A DNA stretch of 64,000 nt from Candidatus Bathyarchaeota archaeon (GTDB lineage: Archaea > Thermoproteota > Bathyarchaeia > 40CM-2-53-6). The stretch covers positions 96,001-160,000 of the forward strand of contig CAVTBR010000001.1 of NCBI GenBank assembly GCA_963733055.1, written 5' to 3'. The notes below the pieces were generated by a model. The model saw nothing but the letters and a program-made list of their open reading frames with translations, searched no databases and was not told the DNA's origin. The position numbers and the translations under genes were made by a program. Shown one piece after another: positions 1-8,756 of the stretch. How positions within the stretch are numbered: the stretch's first letter is position 1; the number at the start of each line of letters is the position of its first letter.

Positions 1-1302
1 TCCAAACGATTCGTAATCGAATGGGTTAATCAGATACCCGTACGACCCGGGTTCTGCTATTTGAGGAATTCCGCCCCCAAGCCAAAGAAGACAGGTATCG
101 CTGCCGGGTCGATTCCAATAGTACCATTCGGCATCACCAATCTTCACGATTGAGGCCCGAGGTTGTGAAGGCATTTGGGCATGAACAGCGGGAAACGTCA
201 TAGAAACGATAAGCAGAAACAATCCCAAGCCGATAAGTCTGGTCGTAGATCCAGCACGTTGAATTGGAGAACGCGACCCGCTGTCTCGGTGCCGATACCG
301 AACGAAGGCTATTCGGGCACCCAACAGTAGGCAGCCTAGCAGGAGAAGGTCGACTAGGACAGTTTGGTCAATTCGGGTGCTGTCCTCGATCCAGTTGGCG
401 TTGATCTGCTTTGGGGTATTCATTGTTAGGGTTAAGATGTAGCTTGTTGAACTGCTGTCCCCAGACCAGCCGTTGAACCGATATTCACCGGTCAACCCGA
501 GGAAAGATGGGACACTGATGGTTGGAGTAATGGCAACCGTGGCCTGTGCGCCTTTTTCGTACCATCCTTTGCCGACCACTTGCCCCTTATCCGACTGGGC
601 GGACAAGTAATATTCAATCCTATACAGGGCGGTTAACGTGGTGGGTTGTGTCAGGAATATTTGGTGTGGATCTGAGTTAACACTGTCACTCCAACCGACG
701 AAGACATACCTTACTCCAGCATCACCCTGCACAATCAATGGTGCCCGCAACGAATGCGGTCCCCGTTGAATTGTGAGTGGTGTAAACGATCCGTTTTGAA
801 TCTGGTAAGAAGCGTTGTCAACCATGATCTGCGCACTGGTAATAACAGAGCCCAGCGTTAGTGTCACATTGTTTGACGGGTTCTCCACCGATACCGTGAA
901 AGGACTGGACCCTCCGTTAGGATCTTCATACCATGCATCTTGCCACCAGACACGATTAATGGCGATTAGATTCCATTGTCCACTTGTCGACGGAGCGGTC
1001 AAGGAAAGCTGGAATGTTACGTTGCCTGGGCCAGTAAACTGGCTGATGAGCGTAAAGCTCTGAACCATCAACCCCGCTGCTGCATCCCAGATGCCAACGT
1101 CCGCCAAGAATTTGTCAGAATATTCGGCGTGAATATTCACTTGGAATGGCGAACCTGGGGAAACGAGTTGCGGATAGGCAACTGAAGTTACTTTTGCAGT
1201 TGGGTAAGTCGTCGCTTCGGCGATAGGGATTTGACTATTGGCGCAACATAGCACGGCCGCACTTGCCACAATTAGTACCAATGTTCTGAAGTTACGGCGC
1301 AT
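1..1302 (-). CDS. Secreted/membrane surface protein, 3' part runs off window (not in ORF track)
   Basis: Hand translation from ATG 1302 is open to position 1: signal peptide MRRNFRTLVLIVASAAVLCCA, beta-rich repeats (RYVFVGWSD, GKGWYEKG, YRFNGWSGD), a TM helix, a second signal-like helix (LIGLGLFLLIVSMTFPAVHAQ), then DTCLLWLGGG. Confidence 0.8.
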   Translation of the reverse strand, partial: MRRNFRTLVLIVASAAVLCCANSQIPIAEATTYPTAKVTSVAYPQLVSPGSPFQVNIHAEYSDKFLADVGIWDAAAGLMVQSFTLISQFTGPGNVTFQLSLTAPSTSGQWNLIAINRVWWQDAWYEDPNGGSSPFTVSVENPSNNVTLTLGSVITSAQIMVDNASYQIQNGSFTPLTIQRGPHSLRAPLIVQGDAGVRYVFVGWSDSVNSDPHQIFLTQPTTLTALYRIEYYLSAQSDKGQVVGKGWYEKGAQATVAITPTISVPSFLGLTGEYRFNGWSGDSSSTSYILTLTMNTPKQINANWIEDSTRIDQTVLVDLLLLGCLLLGARIAFVRYRHRDSGSRSPIQRAGSTTRLIGLGLFLLIVSMTFPAVHAQMPSQPRASIVKIGDAEWYYWNRPGSDTCLLWLGGGIPQIAEPGSYGYLINPFDYESFG

Positions 1303-1442
1303 GCAGACTTCGTTTCATACCTAGAGAGGGTTTTATTCAAAGCCACCGCCCCCAGGCCGCGATCAGTCACCGTTCTATTCAATTCGTCGCTCCGAACAGA
1401 ACTCTATTTTATGAGAGGGGAGTTGACTCTAGCGGCCGGTGT

Positions 1443-1591
1443 GCCGGGGTAGCCAAGAGATCCTAACCCTGATCTGGCAACCTGGTATGGCGTCGGATTG
1501 CTAATCCGATGACCGCAAGGTCTCGTGGGTTCAAATCCAGCCGAGGGGTATTTCGGATACACCCCCGGTGGTGAAAATCCCACCCCCGGCG
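1443..1591 (+). tRNA. tRNA-Ser(GCT) with two non-canonical introns (1458-1480 in D-loop, 1536-1577 in T-loop)
   Basis: Spliced sequence GCCGGGGTAGCCAAG|CCTGGTATGGCG-TCGGA-TTGCTAA-TCCGA-long variable arm-GTGGGTTCAAA|TCCCAC-CCCCGGC-G. Both introns form bulge-helix-bulge motifs (GCCA/TGGC; TTCA/TGAA). Confidence 0.93.
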
Positions 1592-1711
1592 CCTCACAAA
1601 TCCAGTGCACTCTGCGCAAGTCGGAAAGAACATGACATCCTATGGGAATTCTGGGTTCAGTAAATGTAAATAGCTCAATTCAGTGGACTCATCAATTAGG
1701 CATCTCGCAAC

Positions 1712-4700
1712 TTGACAAGCACTGAAGCGTCAGCTAGTCCCAGTGTTCGCGCAAAGGTTTCCACGGGTTACAATATGTTAGATGAGGCTCTGCAAGGCGG
1801 CTTCCTAGCTGGAGCAGCAATCGTCCTTAGTGCTCCCGCAAGTGATGAGGTACCGCTTCTTATCGGAAACTTCCTCAGAGCCCCCAAGGAACAAGGCCTC
1901 TTAGTATGTCGCACGCTTTCCTCCGCCGAAATGATCACGCAGAATATGGGTGAGAATGTGAGGTCGCTGATTTGCAGCGATAAACCCGTCTCACCCTCGA
2001 GAACCATCCTACCCGGCAAGGGCATCGAGAACCTAACCGAGCTGAACCTGCAGATCGGTGAAGTAATCGCTTCAACTCAACCCAAACGTTTGGTCATAGA
2101 CATCCTTTCGGATATCCTACTCCGCCATAAGGCGTTGCAGACACGAAAATGGCTCACGGAACTACTTGAACGATTACGATCCAAAGAGATCACCACTCTA
2201 GCAGTAATCAACCCCCTCATGCATTCCGCCGAGGACGTCCAAGCCGTCATAGATTTATTCGATGGCAACTTGGAAATATTCGAAGACGAACTCGAGGGGA
2301 CGCTTAGAAAGCATCTTAGAATAAAATGGATGCACGGCATCGAAGTTTCCGAAAAGGAGGTTCAGTTGCACGACCTAGCTCCAGAAACTTCCCCACAGCC
2401 AGCCACCGCACCGGTTCCCGCTTCTTCGAGGGAGCCCCGCTGGCTCACTCCACTCGTGAGTCGAACCGAAGAGCTTTCCCGGCTCAAATCCGCTTTCGAC
2501 GACGCACTCGCCAAAAAATCGACCGTCGTTGCCATTCATGGTGAACCGGGCGTTGGAAAGACTCGACTGATGCAGGAACTAGCGGTCTACGCTGGGACGA
2601 AAAAAACTGTCGTCCTGTCAGGTAGCGCCTCCGAGCACGGAATCGCCTATGGGCCTTGGATTGAAGTTGCGAGGCAATATGTGTCGCAAGCTCCGGGTGA
2701 ACTGCTCCGTAGAATGCTCGTAGGAGCGCAGATATCCGAATTTGCAAGATTGGTTCCCGACATTGCCGTTAAGCTGGGGACCATTCCTCCTTCAAAATCG
2801 CTAGGTGACCAACAGCTAGACAAGATGCGACTCTTTGAAGCCGTCACACAATTCTTCAGGTCAATATCCAGTGAAGCCCCGTTACTCGTGTTGCTTGACG
2901 ACATGCAACTAGCCGACCAGGCATCATTGGACCTCTTGGACTACTTCGTAAGGGGCACAGGCAACCTTCCTATCCTCACTATATGTTCGTTGCCGGCGGA
3001 ACGTGACATCGACGCCACCAGCCCCCTTGAGCAGACATTCATGAAGCTTAACAAGCAGCGTTTACTCGAAAAGATACCCCTCAGGAACCTTAGTAGGATA
3101 GAGACGACTGAGCTGATCAAGCAGATATTCGGGGAACAGACTCTTTCCGCGGATTTCGCTGACCTGATCTACAAGGTGACGGATGGCAACCCATTCTTCG
3201 TAGAGGAAGTTCTCCGCTCATTAGTCGACGACGGGACCATCTTCCGAACCGAGAAGGGATGGGATAGGAAACCGATACAGGAACTCGTTGTGCCAAAGAG
3301 CGTGAAGGCCACCCTAAGGTCTAGGTTGAAGTTCCTCGACCAAGAATCTCTTAACATTCTAACTTGGGCAGCTGTAATTGGAGGCGAATTCGACTACGAG
3401 GTTCTAAAAGAAGCAACAGAACTGCCGGAGGAAACGTTGCTCGAGAAGCTTGAGAGCGTCCATAATGCAGGCCTAGTGGTCGAAGCTCCGGGAAGCAAGA
3501 CAGTATTCCGCTTCGCCGATAACAGGATCAGAGAACTCCTACTAGACGACATAATTCGCATCAGACGAACTAGATATCACCTGAAAATTGCAGAAGCAAT
3601 GGAGAAAGTATTCGCTGGGAAACTTGATCGACATGCCGAATCAATGGCGCATCATTTTTCCGAAGCAGGCGACACAAAACGAGCCATCCACTATTCTATC
3701 ATGGCTGGAGACTTCAGCCAATCTATCCACGCCTACGACCACGCGGCGGACAACTACAAGCGGGCCGTGGCCCTAATGGACATGGAAAGTGGTGATGGCC
3801 AGGAGAAGGCGATTGTGCTGGAGAAACTGGCTGGGGCATACTATTACTCAAACCGAGCGACCGAGAGTACTAAATGCTATAGCCAGTCTCTTGAAATCTT
3901 CGAAAAGCTGCACGACGGTAAGTCTTGCGCCAGATTATGCGCAAGCTTAGCAAAGGCGACATATGAAATTAAGTTTGACCTCTCAAAGGCCTCCGAAGTT
4001 CCACAGATCCTAAAGAGAGGGCTAGGATATATCGAAAACGAGTCGGAAAGTTTTGAGGCTGCTTCGATTTACGCTACCCTTGGTGATTATTATGAACTCT
4101 TGGACCAATACGACGAAGCCAACCCGTTCATTGAGAAAGCCATACAGATTGGCGAAAAGACAGGAAATTTCGGTGCATTCGCTACCGCGCTACTAGGTCA
4201 AGGTTATTCTTTAGCGGATTCGGGGAACGTAGATGACGGGCTGCCTCTGATGGAACGTGCCCTTGACGTAGCACTGAAACACGAACAAAACAGTGTCACA
4301 GTTTTTTGCTTGATGAACTTGAGCGCTTACACTTACCCCAGGAATCTCGCGAAGTCCAGGGAGTATTCTCTTCGTCTTCTTGAGTTTAGCAAACGTATGG
4401 GAGCGGTGTTTGGAGAGGTCAGAGGGTTGGGTTGTCTGTGGTTCGCTGACTGGATGTTGGGAAACTGGGAGGCAGCGGGAAAGGAGTTCAGTGACGGATT
4501 AGCTCTTAAAGAACGCATCGGAACAACAACGACCAGGCTTGTTGAGGGAATGAGGGTATGGTTCTCACTTAGCACGGGTGATTTGGACGCGGCGGAAAGA
4601 TACCTTCACGCTGCTTTGGCCAGCGAGGATTCAAAGATAACTCACATCGTAATCAATAATCTTCCCGCAGCGCTGTTACGATTGGAACAAGGCAAAGAGG

Positions 4701-5170
4701 ATGAGGCAAGGGCACATCTTGAAACCTGCGTAAACGCCTTCAAGAATTCAGAATTCACCACAGATCCCCTCCTCCATGTCGAAACCCTCCTCCATCTAAC
4801 CAGCCTTTACGCTCGGAGTGGAGAGTTTGAGAAGGCGGCCAACATGTCTCAGTGGGCGAGGAGGCTGGCGGAGAAACTCCATAGTGATGCGGGGCTTGCG
4901 ATGGCAGCTCAGGCCGAAGCCTCTCTCTTCTTGGCTCAAGGTAACCAGATAGGGGCTGAAGGGGCTTACGTTAAGTCCTTGGATTTGTGGGAGAAGGCTG
5001 GTTGGCCGTATTACAAGGCCAAGGCGTTAGTAGCTTATTCGCATGCGATCGCTCAGTCAAATCCCCAAGAATTCAGGAAGATGTTGCTTGAAGCCGTGGA
5101 GATATTCAGAAAACTAGGCGCAAGACATGACCTGGAAAAAGCCGAAGCTAAACTCTCGGCTAAAGCGTAG
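1712..5170 (+). CDS. KaiC/RAD55-like (degenerate) domain fused to STAND-class AAA ATPase and TPR-like repeats
   Basis: N-term STGYNMLDEALQGG (KaiC/RecA-like) with Walker A lost; LVSRTEEL, GEPGVGKT, LLVLLDDMQLAD, TDGNPFF; helical C-terminal repeats. Confidence 0.85.
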   Translation: MTSTEASASPSVRAKVSTGYNMLDEALQGGFLAGAAIVLSAPASDEVPLLIGNFLRAPKEQGLLVCRTLSSAEMITQNMGENVRSLICSDKPVSPSRTILPGKGIENLTELNLQIGEVIASTQPKRLVIDILSDILLRHKALQTRKWLTELLERLRSKEITTLAVINPLMHSAEDVQAVIDLFDGNLEIFEDELEGTLRKHLRIKWMHGIEVSEKEVQLHDLAPETSPQPATAPVPASSREPRWLTPLVSRTEELSRLKSAFDDALAKKSTVVAIHGEPGVGKTRLMQELAVYAGTKKTVVLSGSASEHGIAYGPWIEVARQYVSQAPGELLRRMLVGAQISEFARLVPDIAVKLGTIPPSKSLGDQQLDKMRLFEAVTQFFRSISSEAPLLVLLDDMQLADQASLDLLDYFVRGTGNLPILTICSLPAERDIDATSPLEQTFMKLNKQRLLEKIPLRNLSRIETTELIKQIFGEQTLSADFADLIYKVTDGNPFFVEEVLRSLVDDGTIFRTEKGWDRKPIQELVVPKSVKATLRSRLKFLDQESLNILTWAAVIGGEFDYEVLKEATELPEETLLEKLESVHNAGLVVEAPGSKTVFRFADNRIRELLLDDIIRIRRTRYHLKIAEAMEKVFAGKLDRHAESMAHHFSEAGDTKRAIHYSIMAGDFSQSIHAYDHAADNYKRAVALMDMESGDGQEKAIVLEKLAGAYYYSNRATESTKCYSQSLEIFEKLHDGKSCARLCASLAKATYEIKFDLSKASEVPQILKRGLGYIENESESFEAASIYATLGDYYELLDQYDEANPFIEKAIQIGEKTGNFGAFATALLGQGYSLADSGNVDDGLPLMERALDVALKHEQNSVTVFCLMNLSAYTYPRNLAKSREYSLRLLEFSKRMGAVFGEVRGLGCLWFADWMLGNWEAAGKEFSDGLALKERIGTTTTRLVEGMRVWFSLSTGDLDAAERYLHAALASEDSKITHIVINNLPAALLRLEQGKEDEARAHLETCVNAFKNSEFTTDPLLHVETLLHLTSLYARSGEFEKAANMSQWARRLAEKLHSDAGLAMAAQAEASLFLAQGNQIGAEGAYVKSLDLWEKAGWPYYKAKALVAYSHAIAQSNPQEFRKMLLEAVEIFRKLGARHDLEKAEAKLSAKA

Positions 5171-5281
5171 TCGGATTTCGTTCACTGATGGATGTCGACC
5201 TAAGAGTTTAGTGTGAGACAGGCAATATGTGTGAACGAGACCTGATATGTCCGACGAGAGACAGTCTTCCTCCAACGAATT

Positions 5282-5341
5282 TCGTGGGTTCATCCAGTCA
5301 AGCACGGAAAAACGCGGAGGTTCAAATCCCACCCCCGGCGC
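5282..5341 (+). repeat. Degenerate copy of tRNA-Ser 3' end (att-like remnant)
   Basis: AAATCCCACCCCCGGCGC at 5324-5341 is identical to 1575-1592; 5319-5341 matches the spliced tRNA over 23 nt; TCGTGGGTTCA at 5282-5292 equals 1523-1533. Confidence 0.8.
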
Positions 5342-5584
5342 TTTCAATTCATCTTAGCAAATTTGGCCTCGAAATCAATTTCGACTCCTCCCAACTGACA
5401 ATCCGAAGAACTTCAAGAGATACTCAACGCCAGAGGAAATCGCCATAATCCGTCGCATGCTCAGAGAGAAAGACAGCGGCTTCCGATGAATGAAGAATCC
5501 CTAGGAGGCCGAGACGCGAACTTACTACTACCGTTAATATACTGACACCATTCACCAGACGCACCTGTTAAAGGAGAATCGGGT

Positions 5585-6298
5585 ATGGCTACATTCGTCC
5601 TCGTGCCGGGAGCTTGGTTAGGAGGGTGGGCCTGGAAGAAAGTCGTCCCACTGCTCGAGAAGAAGGGGCACGAAGTCCATGCCGTCACTTTGACAGGGAC
5701 CGGGGAAAGAGTACATCTCTCATCCAGGGAAGTTGGCATTGAAACCGCAGTTCAAGACGTTCTGAACGTGATCAAATACAACGACCTTGACGATTTCGTG
5801 CTAGTAGGTCACAGTTTTGCGGGAAAGGTAGTGGCAGCTGTGGCAGACCGGGCACCTGAAAAGGTGAAGACGCTTCTCTACCTCGACGCGTTTCGGCCCC
5901 AGAAGGTCAGGACACCGCAGGGAAGCTTCGATCCTACCAGCGAGTTTGGAAGTCTCAAGCCAGGTGAATGGGCGATTCCTCTAACTGAAGAAATCCTTGA
6001 CAATATCGGCAAAGATGTCAAGGGTCCAGATCGAAAGTGGATGCTAGCTAAGGCGACGCTATGGCCCATGAAGCACGCAAGCGAACCAGTGATCCTCTCA
6101 AAGAATTTTGATTCGGTGAAGAGCGCCTACATATTCTGCACGGGCGGCGGTGACTCCGTCGACGAAATCCTGAAAGAAAAGTGGGGAAAGCTGGACGGCC
6201 CCTACAAAGTCATCGATTCAGGGCACTGGCCGATGATAACGAAACCCGATGAGCTAGTCGAAGACATGGTCTTTCTCGCCGGCAACTCCACGCGATAA
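5585..6298 (+). CDS. Alpha/beta hydrolase (methylesterase-like)
   Basis: FVLVPGAWLGGWAW, nucleophile elbow VGHSFAG, C-terminal SGHWPM. Confidence 0.9.
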   Translation: MATFVLVPGAWLGGWAWKKVVPLLEKKGHEVHAVTLTGTGERVHLSSREVGIETAVQDVLNVIKYNDLDDFVLVGHSFAGKVVAAVADRAPEKVKTLLYLDAFRPQKVRTPQGSFDPTSEFGSLKPGEWAIPLTEEILDNIGKDVKGPDRKWMLAKATLWPMKHASEPVILSKNFDSVKSAYIFCTGGGDSVDEILKEKWGKLDGPYKVIDSGHWPMITKPDELVEDMVFLAGNSTR

Positions 6299-6351
6299 TT
6301 TCCAACTCTCATGTCTGAGGAAATGATAGCGCCTACAGGGACTGAGCTAGC

Positions 6352-6370
6352 TCTCCTGGGTGCAAATCCA
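6352..6370 (+). repeat. Second, more degenerate tRNA-Ser T-arm remnant
   Basis: TCTCCTGGGTGCAAATCCA versus tRNA 1521-1539 TCTCGTGGGTTCAAATCCA, 17/19 identical, intergenic. Confidence 0.5.
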
Positions 6371-6444
6371 ATCAAAATTTAATTGCGCAACGCAAATAAA
6401 ACAAAGGCCATCAGGGTTCATCGTAGGCTCAGAAGGGTAATTCG

Positions 6445-7152
6445 TTGAATTCCCAAGAACCCGACGGATCAATTCGACTCTTCCAGGAAATCAGAAACGG
6501 TGACATGGAGGCTGTTCAGGCAATCATAGATAAAGAACCCAAACTCGTGAACGCTCGCGATGAGAAAGGCCTAAGTCCCGTAATTGTGGCCCTTTACTGC
6601 GGCAGAAAGGACATTGCCGACTGCCTCATCGCGCAAGGGGCTGTCTTGGACATTTTCGAGGCTTCAGCTGCGGGCCGATCGGATCGAATCAGGGAACTGC
6701 TGAAACAGAATCCAAGTCTGATTAATCGTTTCTCATCAGACGGGTTTAACCCGCTGCACTTGGCAGCATTTTTCGGAAACTACGACACTGCCCGATTGCT
6801 GTTGGAACAGGGTGCGATAGTCAACGCCCAGTCACACAATCCCATGAAGGTAACGTCTCTTCATTCAGCCGTGGCCGGGAACCAGACAGAGGTTGCGATC
6901 ATCTTGATTGAGAAAGGTGCCGACGTCAATGCAAATCAGGAAGGCGGGTTCACTCCGCTGCACTCCGAGGCTCAGAACGGGAACTTGGAGCTAACGGAAT
7001 CTCTCCTGAAGCATGGGGCGAGCATCAATGCAAGGACGGTGGACGGAAAAACCCCTCTTGGACTAACAAAGGAGGAAAGCAACGAAGCGGGACCGAAAGA
7101 ACTGCGCGTTCAAGTCGCTCAGCTGCTCATGAAGTCCGGAGCGGTTGAGTAA
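6445..7152 (+). CDS. Ankyrin repeat protein
   Basis: Repeated GFNPLHLAA, TSLHSAV, GFTPLHSEA, GKTPL and LLxxGAxVN motifs. Confidence 0.92.
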   Translation: MNSQEPDGSIRLFQEIRNGDMEAVQAIIDKEPKLVNARDEKGLSPVIVALYCGRKDIADCLIAQGAVLDIFEASAAGRSDRIRELLKQNPSLINRFSSDGFNPLHLAAFFGNYDTARLLLEQGAIVNAQSHNPMKVTSLHSAVAGNQTEVAIILIEKGADVNANQEGGFTPLHSEAQNGNLELTESLLKHGASINARTVDGKTPLGLTKEESNEAGPKELRVQVAQLLMKSGAVE

Positions 7153-7319
7153 TTAGCGGTCGTGTGTGCGAGGATCTCTAGTGCGAGTAGAGCGAACATC
7201 TACTTGCGCAGCAGTAGGAAACCAGTCGCTAGGCCCCATATGCCGAAGATCGCAATTGCGACAACGGCGAGGATTCGACGCGGGCAAATCTAATATTTCA
7301 GTTTCCCGCGATCCCTGGT

Positions 7320-7604
7320 GTGAATCGGATGTTAGCTAGCGAGCTCAATGGGCTTAAGGTGTATGCGGCGGGTATGAAGATCGTGGGCAACGTTGTTGAT
7401 GAAGTCATTGACCCTCAGGCGTACAATCTAACTGACCTCCAGCTGAAACTTGAGAAGAGCGCCGCGAGAATGATTTTTGGTGAGAAGTTCACCTTCGGAA
7501 GCCCCAATGTCCGTGTTCCAGTGTCAGCAATCGACAAGATCGGCGACGCGGTGATCCTGAAGTTCGCCATAGATCAGTTGAAGGAACACGTCCAGAAGAT
7601 CTGA
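7320..7604 (+). CDS. PRC-barrel domain protein
   Basis: ASELNGLKVY...VGNVVD...VPVSAIDKIGDAVIL. Confidence 0.85.
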   Translation: MNRMLASELNGLKVYAAGMKIVGNVVDEVIDPQAYNLTDLQLKLEKSAARMIFGEKFTFGSPNVRVPVSAIDKIGDAVILKFAIDQLKEHVQKI

Positions 7605-7726
7605 CACTACTCAAGTGTGGCGCACGTACCCAGCCCCCCGTCCCGTTGAAGTAAACAGGCAGTTGCCTCGCTTTGTAGCAATAACCATGTTAGGGAGCGT
7701 TTCAGTATTGATGTCCGGCGCGAGGT

Positions 7727-8278
7727 ATGTTCGAGACTCCTGTCACGAAGAAGACTGTGGTCAGAGCCATCCGTATCACGGAAGAATTGGACCGAATTCT
7801 GAGAGAGGAAGCAGAGGCTAAGAACATTAGCGTCGCCTCATTGGTCCAGAGCATATTCACAAGGCACGCTGAGTGGGATAGGTATACAGCGAAGTTTGTC
7901 TACTACTCGCTCCCCTCCGATGGTTTCAAGGCGATCATTGACGCCGCCAACGAAGAAACGATGCTGAGAAACGTTGATGAAGAGTCTCCCAAAGCAGTGA
8001 AAGCCTTCTCGCTGTACTGGTTCAAAGAATTCAACGTCGATTCCTTCCTTAGAATCTTAGCACTCAACAGTAAATACGGTCGGCACTATGATTGCCAGAT
8101 ATCGAACGATGGAAAGCGGACTAGGATCAGTATCCACCACGAACTCGGCAAGAAATGGTCAAATATGCTTTCAAAGCAGTTCGGTGGAACACTGAAAATG
8201 CTGGGGATAATCCCACAATTTGACTCGATAACCGAGGAATCAGTCGTATTCGGGTTCCCTTACACGCCCAAAAGGTGA
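7727..8278 (+). CDS. Ribbon-helix-helix regulator with C-terminal ligand-binding-like domain
   Basis: VRAIRITEELDRILREEAEAKNISVASLV fits the RHH/CopG pattern. Confidence 0.7.
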   Translation: MFETPVTKKTVVRAIRITEELDRILREEAEAKNISVASLVQSIFTRHAEWDRYTAKFVYYSLPSDGFKAIIDAANEETMLRNVDEESPKAVKAFSLYWFKEFNVDSFLRILALNSKYGRHYDCQISNDGKRTRISIHHELGKKWSNMLSKQFGGTLKMLGIIPQFDSITEESVVFGFPYTPKR

Positions 8279-8348
8279 TCCGTCAGGATTCACAAGTCCG
8301 ACCGCGAGCATTACCTCAAACGATCCGTATCGTGATGGCGAACTCAAA

Positions 8349-8756
8349 TCATTCGTCAAGCATGTACAGATAGAGTTCTTCCTGCTTCTTCAATTTAGTT
8401 CGAACAACTTCGAGAAGGTCTTTCATGCGCACTGGTTTCAATAAGTAGGCGTCGGCGCCGTTGTTCACGGCTTCCACAGCATTCTGGAGAGTAGGGTAGC
8501 CTGTCAGAATTATTGTGCTCATCTCCGGCCTACCTTGCTTCATTCCCGTAAGGAGCTTCGTTCCTTCCATATCTGGAAGTCGAATGTCTAGTAGAGCTAA
8601 ATCGAAAACGGTCGTCTTTGACTTCTCGAAAGCCTCACTGCCGTCTTTTGCAGTGTCCACTAGATATCCTGCATCCTGCAGTCCCGTCGAAATGACCTCC
8701 AGGATGTTCTCATCATCGTCTACAATGAGAATTCGCTGAGTCCTTTTCCTAGTCAT
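8349..8756 (-). CDS. Stand-alone response regulator (receiver domain)
   Basis: ILIVDDD, DLALLDIRLPDMEG, IILTG, YLLKP. Confidence 0.95.
   Translation of the reverse strand: MTRKRTQRILIVDDDENILEVISTGLQDAGYLVDTAKDGSEAFEKSKTTVFDLALLDIRLPDMEGTKLLTGMKQGRPEMSTIILTGYPTLQNAVEAVNNGADAYLLKPVRMKDLLEVVRTKLKKQEELYLYMLDE

Noticed and set aside
1404-1619. 71-aa minus-strand ORF (and the similar 5114-5347 ORF)
   Set aside because: These are antisense translations of the tRNA and its remnant; APGVGFEP-type peptides are typical tRNA shadows.
1592-5341. Intact integrative element or provirus at tRNA-Ser
   Set aside because: No integrase, replication or virion genes lie between or near the repeats; only remnants are supportable.
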